Shown here: positions 10,073-18,550 of the stretch, one piece after another
Layout of the letters: each line of letters starts with the position of its first letter
Numbering within the stretch: position 1 is the stretch's first letter
Translations under genes and position numbers: made by a program
Assembly (NCBI GenBank): GCA_965206645.1
Contig: CBDBKE010000001.1
Coordinates: 32,001 to 96,000, forward strand
DNA: 64,000 bases
From: Terriglobia bacterium
GTDB lineage: Bacteria > Acidobacteriota > Terriglobia > JAJPHL01 > JAPKYU01
Direction: 5' to 3'
Notes under the pieces: model-generated
What the model was told of the DNA's origin: nothing
The model's database searches: none
Seen by the model: the letters and a program-made list of their open reading frames with translations, nothing else

Positions 10073-11215
10073 TTGTTAACAACGGGCAACATGAGTCGAC
10101 TTCACCAAGTCAGTGTGGAAGGAGCTATGCAACGCGAGGCGGTGGGCGATTTTACTAGTGAGACCGAACTGGTGAATTACTGTCGAGGTAAACGTATCCT
10201 GATCACGGGCGCCGGAGGGTCAATTGGTTCCGAAATCGCGCAACAGCTGGCGCAGCTTGAGGCCGGGTATCTCCTTCTGGTGGATAAGGACGAGAACGGA
10301 CTTTATGAATTACAAGTTCGATTTGCGGCACAAGTTCAACCATGCCGCTATGAACTGCTGGTAGCCGACATTCGGTTTACTGAAAGAATCCGGAGTATTT
10401 TTGAGCAGTTTCGTCCGGAGGCTGTCTTTCATGCCGCCGCCCACAAGCATGTTTCTCTGATGGAAATAAACCCAACCGAAGCGGTTCTGAACAACGTCTT
10501 TGGGACAAGGACTCTGATCGAACAGGCAATCGCACACAAAACTTCCGTGTTTGTGTTTGTCTCTACTGATAAGGCGGCGGAGCCCTCCAGCATCATGGGT
10601 GCGACGAAGCGCCTGGGAGAATTGATGGTCGACAGCAAGCGCGGTCATTCCAACACGCGTTTCGCTTGTGTTCGGTTCGGAAACGTGATCGGCAGTCGTG
10701 GCAGCGTGATTCCTTTGTTTCAGAAGCAGATTGCGGAAGGCGGGCCAATCACGCTTACACACCCAGAGGTCTATCGTTATTTCATGACCATACCAGAAGC
10801 AGCTAACCTAGTGATTCGGGTTGGTATCCTGGATGGATATGAGGAAGGCATCTATGTGCTGGACATGGGAGATCCCATTCGGATTGCTGACCTCGCGCAC
10901 GATCTGATCGAGTTGTCTGGATTGCGTCCCGGTCGTGACATCCGCATCGAGACGATTGGCCTGCGACCCGGCGACAAGTTGCGTGAGCAGCTGGTCGGAG
11001 AGGGTGCGTATTTGAAACCCACGAAGCATCCCCGGATCTTTGTAGTTGTCACAAGGACCCAGCCCAAGCCTCATGAGCTTGAAGCGATGTTAGCCCGGTT
11101 GTGGGAGGCGACCCGGCGGAACGACGCGGCGCAGATCCGTCGATTGTTCAATGAATTCGATTTCAGATTCCAAAAACCAAAGGCCAATTTGACGTTGGCA
11201 TCTGCCCGTGAGTAA
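10073..11215 (+). CDS. Polysaccharide biosynthesis nucleotide-sugar 4,6-dehydratase (CapD/PglF-like catalytic domain only)
   Basis: TGAGGSIGSE, HAAAHKHV, STDKA, MGATKR, VRFGNVIGSRGSV, RYFMTIPEA, GLRPGDKL. Confidence 0.88.
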   Translation: MLTTGNMSRLHQVSVEGAMQREAVGDFTSETELVNYCRGKRILITGAGGSIGSEIAQQLAQLEAGYLLLVDKDENGLYELQVRFAAQVQPCRYELLVADIRFTERIRSIFEQFRPEAVFHAAAHKHVSLMEINPTEAVLNNVFGTRTLIEQAIAHKTSVFVFVSTDKAAEPSSIMGATKRLGELMVDSKRGHSNTRFACVRFGNVIGSRGSVIPLFQKQIAEGGPITLTHPEVYRYFMTIPEAANLVIRVGILDGYEEGIYVLDMGDPIRIADLAHDLIELSGLRPGRDIRIETIGLRPGDKLREQLVGEGAYLKPTKHPRIFVVVTRTQPKPHELEAMLARLWEATRRNDAAQIRRLFNEFDFRFQKPKANLTLASARE

Positions 11216-11481
11216 AATGAACAGTCAACGAGCGCTCGTGGGACGGCCGGTTGAGCATAATTGTCACAGCGCCGGGCGAGTCAACTTGGTGGCCGACTTT
11301 GGGAGGCCGCCAAAGTGATCAAGAAATCGCTGGAGCGGCACGCCGCCGACAGGCCTGTTCACCAGGCAACGGTTCGGCCTTGACCTCATAGACCCGAATG
11401 CAAGTCAGAGCCAAGCGGGCGGCTTCTGGCTTCCCGCCGGCGCGGCAGCAGTTCAAATCAAGGCCAGGAAAGGAGCCGCAG

Positions 11482-12096
11482 ATGGAAGGGCCAACTGCAC
11501 GCGAGCGCGCTCGGGACCACCTGACCGCCAGCGCCGAAACCAAACGCCGGATAGAGGAAACATGCCTTGACGAGATACTTCAGGCTGCGGAGCTGGTGGC
11601 GGCAGCGCTCCGCACGGGCGGCAAGGTGATGACCTGCGGCAACGGTGGCAGCGCAGCCGACTCTCAGCATATCTCGGCTGAGTTCACCAATCGCCTTAGC
11701 GCCGAATTCGACCGGCCTGCTTTGGCAGCAATGGCATTGACTACTGACACTTCCTTTCTGACCGCTAATGCGAACGATTTCGGCTTTGGGTACGTCTTTG
11801 AGCGACAGGTCCAGGCATTGGGCCGCGAGGGGGACATACTTATCGGGATCAGCACCAGCGGCAACTCCGACAATGTCGTGCGCGCGGTTCGGCTTTGCCG
11901 TGAGCGTGGAATCAAGACGATCGGCCTGTTGGGGGGCAACGGCGGCCGGCTTCGTGACCTGGTTGATGTTGCCGTGATTGTGCCCAGTGCTAGTACGCAG
12001 CACGTTCAGGAAGCGCACATTGCCATTGGCCACATCCTCTGCAATTTAGTAGAGATGGCCATCTTTAAACCCGGCGCGCAGGACACTGCAGGATAA
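11482..12096 (+). CDS. gmhA: D-sedoheptulose 7-phosphate isomerase
   Basis: CGNGGSAADSQH, ANDFG, ISTSGNS, VQEAH; SD AAGGAG before ATG 11482. Confidence 0.93.
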   Translation: MEGPTARERARDHLTASAETKRRIEETCLDEILQAAELVAAALRTGGKVMTCGNGGSAADSQHISAEFTNRLSAEFDRPALAAMALTTDTSFLTANANDFGFGYVFERQVQALGREGDILIGISTSGNSDNVVRAVRLCRERGIKTIGLLGGNGGRLRDLVDVAVIVPSASTQHVQEAHIAIGHILCNLVEMAIFKPGAQDTAG

Positions 12097-12231
12097 GATG
12101 GGGGCTTATTGATTTGATCGACCTGGGCGCTACATTCCAGCTCACGTCGTTCTTCCCTCTTTGTACAGCCAGGGCCATTTCCGCCTGCTGGAGGCCTTCC
12201 ACGGGTTCGGCTAGGAAGGTCCGAAGGCAGC

Positions 12232-13861
12232 TTAACCTTCGAACTTGACTCCGTAGGAATAACGGTCGCCTTTGGCCGCCGGGGCTGACGCGGACGATGC
12301 GGCTGGGCGTCTCCAGATGCTCTGCGTCTTCGCGGAAGTGCATGGCTACCCAAACTACCTCGTCCAGCTCATACGAAGCGCGGCTTTCGAAGCAGATTCC
12401 GCCGCGGGAGACGTCGACCGGCGCGACGACCTCAGAGGAACTGGGACGGCGGATGCGGGCCTGGGTGCGGACGAAGATGCGACGAGCGGTGCGGCGTTCG
12501 CTCCGGGGAACCTCAGGCTCAGCCGATGGGGCGGCTTCTGCCTCTGCCGCCGGCTGGGCAGCGACCTCCGGAGAAGGCCACAGCAGCGCCTCCAATTCGG
12601 TGCCCACCAGCAGGCGTGCGGCAGCGGCGGCTTCCAGCCTGGTCGTGGTCTCTTCGGCTTGCTCGCGCGCCGCCCCGGCTACCTGAGCCGCTTTGGAGAG
12701 TTCCGCAGCTCGCTTCGCCGCTGCCTTCCCGCTCTCTTTGAAACTTTTCAGAGCAGCTGCTTTTGCCTGGGCAGCGGCCTCCAGCTTCCGCAGGTTCTGC
12801 GTGATCTCGCGTTCGGCGGCTTCCTGATTGCTCCGGGCCTGATCGATTGACTGGCGGGCAGTTTCGGCCATGTTTCGGGCCTGTTCGCGCTTTTCGGCCA
12901 GCTCTTGGGCCCGCTGCCGAACCTGCTCGGCCCGCTGTGCGGCCTCCTCAGCTTCTCGCCGCAGTTTTTCTGACTTGGCTTCGGCCTCACCGGCTTCCTT
13001 GGTGGCTTTGATGAGTGCCTTGGCCGCTGCCTCGGCCTTCGATTCCGCTTCCGGGATTTGAGTTGCGGCTTCTTGCGCTTTCCGCTCGACTGCCGTGCGG
13101 GCGCCGGTGAGCTCTGTTAACTCCGCTTCCGCGCGGTTTGTCGCCTCTATGGCGTTGCGCTGCGCGGCCTGAGCTTCAACGTGGCGGGTGGCTTCGGCTG
13201 CTTCGCTCGCGGCGGCTTCCTCCGCCGCCTGGCGTGCCTGTTCGGCCACGGCTTGCGCTTCCTCTTCAGCTCGCTGTGTCACCTCCGCCTGTTCGTTCAG
13301 CTGTCCCCCCCGTTCCTCGCGGGAGCGGCGCTCCTGTTCTGTTTTCTCGCGCCCTGCCGCTTCGGAGCGCGCCTGCGCCACCGACTCCTTTTCCCAATCG
13401 GTCTCGGCAGCGCAATTCGGGCAGTTCCGCGTCAGGCGCTCGGTCCGTTCCAGTTTTTCGATCTCGTATTCTTCCAGCGGCACCGTCTCGCGCGTCTGGC
13501 AGGCAATGCAGACTAGGTTCATGCGCCGGCGCAGGTCAGGCGCGAGCTTTGGTGGGAGGCCAAAATCGAGCTGCCAGATGTTCACCGAATGATCGCGGAG
13601 AAGCAGCTTCGCTTCATTGGGCACCGGCCTGCTGTCCATCAGAAACTCGGCCTGATACCCGCTCTGCTTGTTGAAGATCATCACGTCGGCACCGGGGTCC
13701 AGGTTATGCCGCAGGCGCACCTGCACCCAGGTCCGGGCCACCATCGTGGTTACGGTGTCCTCTTGGAACCCTCGCTGGGGGTCGTCCCTCAATACCAGGA
13801 TTGGGATTCGTTGCTGGTGCTCTTTTTCGGCCATGCGCTTGATCCCATCATCTTGATCCAT
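12232..13861 (-). CDS. PilZ-domain protein with zinc ribbon and long Ala/Glu coiled coil; one-base frameshift near 12281
   Basis: CIAC...CPNC, about 250 aa coiled coil, RRTARR and DVSRGG PilZ motifs; natural end YSYGVKFEG* lies in a different frame (TAA at 12232-12234). Confidence 0.75.
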
Positions 13862-13981
13862 CGTGGGGAAGCATTATGGCACTGCTTCCGTTAAACAGAC
13901 AAGATGCCGGCCACTTTCGAGAACAAAAAAGAGGCGAGAAACAAAAGAGGGCGCCAGAAATCAGTTCAGACCAGAAATCAG

Positions 13982-15811
13982 TCAGAAAGGTTTAGGGCCC
14001 AAAGTGAAAGGAATCTGGACCAGGGCTTCCAGCTTCACTGGATGCCCATCGCGCGTGGCGGGTCGGAACTGCCAGCGAAGCAGCGCCTGGACTGCGTTTT
14101 CGTCCAGGCGCGGATGCAAGCTCCGCACCACGCGTACCGAATCCACCTTCCCGTCCTGGTGGATGACGGCGTACAACACCACGGTGCCTTCTACCCCCTC
14201 GCGGACGGCACCCGGGTCGTAGCCGGGGTCTACCTTGCGCAAGGCCACTGGAGCAGTCAGCTCCGGTTCATCGACCCTTAGCACTGGAGCGCCGAGTTCC
14301 GAGAAACGCATGATCCAGCTTCCGCTCTGGCTGCTCAAGTTGGGCATGTTGATGTAAACCGTGTAAACCCTCTTGCTGTAGAGAAAACCTTGCGCGGCGC
14401 GGCGATCCCCAGTCCCCCACTCCGGCAGACCCACCGTGGGACGCGTGGCCCGGGCCACCAGGGCAGCGATGACATTGGGGTTGGCGAGTCTCGCTGGCGC
14501 GGGTGTTGAGGGGGAGGGCGGAGCTGGCGGGGGACCGCTCACGATCGGCCCCAAACTGGCGGAAGGGGGCTGGATGCCCCCGCTGATGGAGATGCCAGGT
14601 ACGCGAATGTCGGCCAACTGACGTGCCGGACCCTGGCCAGTGCCCTCGCCTGCGGGCGCTGGGCCGCCCGCCCCGCCTCCCTCCAGTCCGGCCGGTGAGC
14701 CCGCGGGAGTGCCCGCCACCTTCCCCGAGGGACCGATGCTGAAGCTGCCAGCCCGGTTCCCCGGCGGTACGGAAATCTCACCGCTTGGCGGTGCCGGGTC
14801 AATGCCCAGAGCAATCAGCCGCTCCAGTGCTCCGCTGTCGGCAGCAGCGGCCAGCTGGGGAGGCGAGGGCGGCGCCGCGCGCTCCCTGTCGGCGCTTGCC
14901 GGCTTCGCCTGCGTGACCGGGGCGGTCGTTGCAGGTGGCACCGCCAGCTGTGGCTTCCGCACCAGGGCTTCACTGGCGGCGATCTTCAGGTCTGAAACCG
15001 GTCGCTCCATGTTGGGCACTTCCGGAACCGGGTTGGGCATTTCCGGAACCGGGGGTTTGATCGCGGCCACACCCAGTTGTGGCAGTTTCAACTTGGACAA
15101 ATCGCGCCTGGCCAGGTCCACCGGCGGGATCGGAGGCGCGATATCGGTCGGCAGCAACAGGCGCGGTGCCTGCTGGGCGCGCACCTTGGGTGCTAGCAAG
15201 TATTGCAACGTGGGCTTTTGTGGCTGGCTCGCCCACATCACGACATTAGGCAGAGGCACGTCCTCGGAAATGCGAATGTTGGGCGACTCCGGCTGCACGA
15301 TCGTTTGCCGCGCGTTGTCAGGCCGTGAGGGATTGGAAGTGATGACTTGCCGGGATGTCCGGGCCGTGACGCCCAGCGGCGAGGCAGCGGGGGGTTGCCC
15401 GCCGCGCTCGGAGGGTTTTTCCCCGCCGTCCGGCGCTTCCGGGGAGATGGAGGGGAGCTCGTGGTCGTAATAATACCAGGTGATCTTTTGCTTCCGCAGA
15501 GCCGCCAATTCCTCCGCACTGGGCTGCCCCAGCAGCGGCAACAGATTTCCCAACACCACCAGCGCCGCCAGATGGAACAACCATGAGGAGGCCAGCGAGC
15601 GCGGCCGCACCGAGCCACGCCGCAGTGGCACCGTGAACCCCTCAAGCATGGCCGGCGTGACCCGGCTCGGAGCCAGAGCTGCCGCCAGGTTGCCCAGTAA
15701 CTCGGCCAGCCGCGACGACCGCTCCACCAGCAGCCGAGGGGCCGGATACAAGACCAGAGCATCGCGCCCCCCCAGCTTACGCCGGCTGACCAGCCGCAAG
15801 AAAATCCGCAT
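13982..15811 (-). CDS. TonB-family energy transducer (TM anchor, long Pro-rich linker, TonB C-terminal domain)
   Basis: DPGYDPGAVREGVEGTVVLYAVIHQDGKV...LDENAVQALLRWQFRPA. Confidence 0.88.
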   Translation of the reverse strand: MRIFLRLVSRRKLGGRDALVLYPAPRLLVERSSRLAELLGNLAAALAPSRVTPAMLEGFTVPLRRGSVRPRSLASSWLFHLAALVVLGNLLPLLGQPSAEELAALRKQKITWYYYDHELPSISPEAPDGGEKPSERGGQPPAASPLGVTARTSRQVITSNPSRPDNARQTIVQPESPNIRISEDVPLPNVVMWASQPQKPTLQYLLAPKVRAQQAPRLLLPTDIAPPIPPVDLARRDLSKLKLPQLGVAAIKPPVPEMPNPVPEVPNMERPVSDLKIAASEALVRKPQLAVPPATTAPVTQAKPASADRERAAPPSPPQLAAAADSGALERLIALGIDPAPPSGEISVPPGNRAGSFSIGPSGKVAGTPAGSPAGLEGGGAGGPAPAGEGTGQGPARQLADIRVPGISISGGIQPPSASLGPIVSGPPPAPPSPSTPAPARLANPNVIAALVARATRPTVGLPEWGTGDRRAAQGFLYSKRVYTVYINMPNLSSQSGSWIMRFSELGAPVLRVDEPELTAPVALRKVDPGYDPGAVREGVEGTVVLYAVIHQDGKVDSVRVVRSLHPRLDENAVQALLRWQFRPATRDGHPVKLEALVQIPFTLGPKPF

Positions 15812-15893
15812 GACTTTGTTTCTGTATTATAGCGCGGGATGTTCTGTCGCAAAGGACAGGGATTCAGAGTTCGGAATGCAGGTTCCAGACTCT

Positions 15894-15929
15894 CCACTGC
15901 ATCGGCCACTGCTTCGGCCACTGCTTCGG
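15894..15929. repeat. Three tandem 12-bp repeats CCACTGC(A/T)TCGG
   Basis: ccactgcatcgg-ccactgcttcgg-ccactgcttcgg. Confidence 0.7.
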
Positions 15930-15957
15930 AAAGCTGCTGGGCAGTATTCTTGTCTAA

Positions 15958-16266
15958 TTAGTATCTCTCCACGGCTCGCGAAATGCCCGGAAGAGCTCTG
16001 GTGAACTCGTCCTGATTCATGGCCGGCATGGCCTCGATATTCGCCTTCAAGGAGAGCCAGAGCGGCTCGGCTATCGCGGATATCTGGTGGGTCTCCTCAA
16101 CGTTCAATACAAAGTAGATCGTCCTCTGGCCGTGCTCCACGCAGTAGTAGACGGCCTCAGGCTTCAGGTCGGACAGGATGTCCTCCATTACCTTGCCGAA
16201 GTTGGGATCGCGCACCAGCGCGTTGCCGGCCTCCACAGGACTCGTTGCCCTTACTAAGAACCGCAT
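15958..16266 (-). CDS. Small hypothetical protein (probable dimeric alpha/beta-barrel type)
   Basis: MRFLVRAT...KPEAVYY...GQRT...IAEPLW; SD AAGGAGG upstream. Confidence 0.75.
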   Translation of the reverse strand: MRFLVRATSPVEAGNALVRDPNFGKVMEDILSDLKPEAVYYCVEHGQRTIYFVLNVEETHQISAIAEPLWLSLKANIEAMPAMNQDEFTRALPGISRAVERY

Positions 16267-16339
16267 ACGGTACCTCCTTTTCCGAAGATTCGAGCATTCT
16301 ACCCTCAGGGGCCGGGATCTCATAACTCACCGCTCAGGA

Positions 16340-17573
16340 GGTAGTGGGTCAGTTTCCGGGAAGCCGACTACACGGGAGTTGGCAGTCAGGCCGACCGGTC
16401 GGCCTAAAGCTGGCAGCATAGTTGTTGGATATGGAAGAGGGCGTTACAATTACAGGGATGCCGCAGGAGTTCGGCTTTTCGGTGAGCCATTCGGAGGAAG
16501 GTGAGGTTCGCATTCCGCTTCATGGATACCATCTGATTGCACTTCGGCAGATTAGCTACGAGCTACTGAACAGCCCTGCGCTTCTGGATCTGTTGTCGAA
16601 AAGGTGAACTATATGGGCGGAGGAACGAAGCCGGCACCAGGGGCAGCAGCGGCGCCAGAGATGGACCTGAAAAAGTTCCTGGAGTCTGTCCCGCCCGGGC
16701 GGTGGGTCAAAGTAAAAAACCTGGCGAGACAGACGACTCGCTTCGGGGCAACAAACCTTGAAGCGACCCTGCAGGCTCTGGAACTATTTTGCCCGGCCGA
16801 ATCACGCGACGGGATTCGTTTTTTTGCGCCGACCGACTCCCTAGACTGGCTCAAGTCGCAAGTACTAAGGGAGACCTTCGTCGAGTTCCGCTGCCGAAAC
16901 TGCCAAGGGTCCAGGAAGACTTTTGCGCTATGGCTATTGTTAGGCAAGGACGGGGAAAAGGGCGAAGTCTTCAAATTAGGCGAAGTTCCAGCGTTCGGCC
17001 CTCCGACACCGGCCCGCTTGATCTCGCTGATTGGCCCCGAAAAGGATTACTACCTGAAGGGACGACATGCTGAGAATCAAGGGCTAGGGATCGGGGCGTT
17101 CGTCTACTACCGCCGTGTCGTTGAAAACCAGAAGGACCGAATCTTCGACGATATCCTCAAAGTCTCAGAGAAAATCGGTGCGCCCAAAGAGCTACTCGCG
17201 CAACTGACTGCAGCGAAGGCCGAAACGCAATTCAGCAAGGCGGTCGAGACCATAAAGCAAGCTATTCCGCAGGCACTCCTCATCAACGGACACCACAACC
17301 CGCTGATGCTGCTCCACTCGGCATTGAGCGAAGGATTGCACGATAAAACAGACGATCAGTGCTTGGAGCTGGCCACAAGTATTCGTGTTGTGCTAACGGA
17401 ACTGGTCGAGCGCATGGCGAACGCGTTGCAGGGAAAGGCTGAGCTCAATGCTGCTGTTGGCAAATTGTTCAAAGGGAATGTGCCGAAGCCGCAGGACTCG
17501 AACAACGGCGGCTAATTCCCGTCGGCGGGCGCAACTTCCGAAAAACGTGCTACTTGGAAACTGACCCACTACC
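16340..17573. mobile_element. Non-autonomous IR-bounded cassette 1 (no transposase)
   Basis: Perfect 18-bp IRs GGTAGTGGGTCAGTTTCC (16340-16357) / GGAAACTGACCCACTACC (17556-17573); flanks GCTCAGGA / GCTCAGAG. Confidence 0.8.
16604..17515 (+). CDS. Hypothetical cargo protein: CxxC zinc-finger region plus DUF4145/HEPN-like helical domain
   Basis: FRCRNC, GLGIGAFVYYRRVVE, NPLMLLHSALSEGLH. Confidence 0.65.
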   Translation: MNYMGGGTKPAPGAAAAPEMDLKKFLESVPPGRWVKVKNLARQTTRFGATNLEATLQALELFCPAESRDGIRFFAPTDSLDWLKSQVLRETFVEFRCRNCQGSRKTFALWLLLGKDGEKGEVFKLGEVPAFGPPTPARLISLIGPEKDYYLKGRHAENQGLGIGAFVYYRRVVENQKDRIFDDILKVSEKIGAPKELLAQLTAAKAETQFSKAVETIKQAIPQALLINGHHNPLMLLHSALSEGLHDKTDDQCLELATSIRVVLTELVERMANALQGKAELNAAVGKLFKGNVPKPQDSNNGG

Positions 17574-17712
17574 GCTCAGAGGTCGAAAACGGACAGCAAA
17601 GCGGTTCAGATCGGTTATTCTTGCGGGTGATTCCGGGAGGAGCGGAGTACGAGAACGAGGGTCCTCAGGCCTGGTAAAATAGAGGCCTACAAATTGTACG
17701 GCGTGAAGGAGG

Positions 17713-18531
17713 TTGGTGGTGAGCGGAACTCGGCTGGGTCGGTGGTCACGCAAGAGGGAACCCGAGGAGCAGGCGCCCCGGGCAGTGCCGGAGGGTCCCT
17801 TACCCGGAACGCTGCTCAATGAGATGGATGGGTCGGAGTTGCTCCTGGTGCCGGCAGGCAGCTGCCTCCAGGGCAGTCTTGAGAGTCAGGGCGACCCCGA
17901 CGAGCGCCCGCAGCGAGAGATTTACCTGGACGCCTTCTACGTTGCCAAGTACCCGGTGACCAACCGGCAGTACCGCAAGTTTCTCGAGCAGACCGGATAC
18001 AAGGTCCCGCTGCTTTGGAACGATCCGCAATTCAACCAGGACGAGCAGCCGGTTGCCGGGGTCAGTTGGGACGACGCGCAGGCCTACTGTCAATGGGCAG
18101 GGTTGCGCCTAGCCTCCGAAGCAGAGTGGGAAAAGGCGGCCAGCTGGGACGAGTCCAACAAACTGAAGAGGTGGTGGCCCTGGGGTGACACCGAGCCCGA
18201 TCCTGAACGCCTCAATTACGCCAACAACGTGAGCCACACCACTCCGGTGAACGGCTATCCGCGCGGCGCTTCCTCCCACGGCTGCCATGACATGGCCGGT
18301 AACGTCTGGGAATGGGTCGAGGACTGGTACCTGTACAACTACTACGCGAAAGGCCCGGCGGAAAATCCGCGCGGCCCGGCGACCTCTCCCGAGAAGACTC
18401 CCTATAAAGTTCTGCGCGGCGGCTCGTTCCGCAGTCCTGCCGGCTACGTGAGCACCACCTACCGCTACTGGCACAGCCCCGATTACACCGATACGGAAAT
18501 CGGCTTTCGCTGTGCCAAGAGCATCCCCTGA
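17713..18531 (+). CDS. FGE-sulfatase (SUMF1/EgtB/PvdO) domain protein
   Basis: YPVTNRQY, PVAGVSWDDA, RLASEAEWEKAA, DMAGNVWEW, RGGS, GFRC; no FGE catalytic cysteine pair evident. Confidence 0.88.
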   Translation: MVVSGTRLGRWSRKREPEEQAPRAVPEGPLPGTLLNEMDGSELLLVPAGSCLQGSLESQGDPDERPQREIYLDAFYVAKYPVTNRQYRKFLEQTGYKVPLLWNDPQFNQDEQPVAGVSWDDAQAYCQWAGLRLASEAEWEKAASWDESNKLKRWWPWGDTEPDPERLNYANNVSHTTPVNGYPRGASSHGCHDMAGNVWEWVEDWYLYNYYAKGPAENPRGPATSPEKTPYKVLRGGSFRSPAGYVSTTYRYWHSPDYTDTEIGFRCAKSIP

Positions 18532-18550
18532 GCGGCCTGGCTAGCCCTGA

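Noticed and set aside
12065-12231. C-terminal extension of the 598-aa ORF overlapping gmhA
   Set aside because: Explained by a one-base frameshift; the natural stop is at 12232
15894-15929. Short tandem repeats as a possible CRISPR array
   Set aside because: 12-bp units with no spacers and no cas genes in the window
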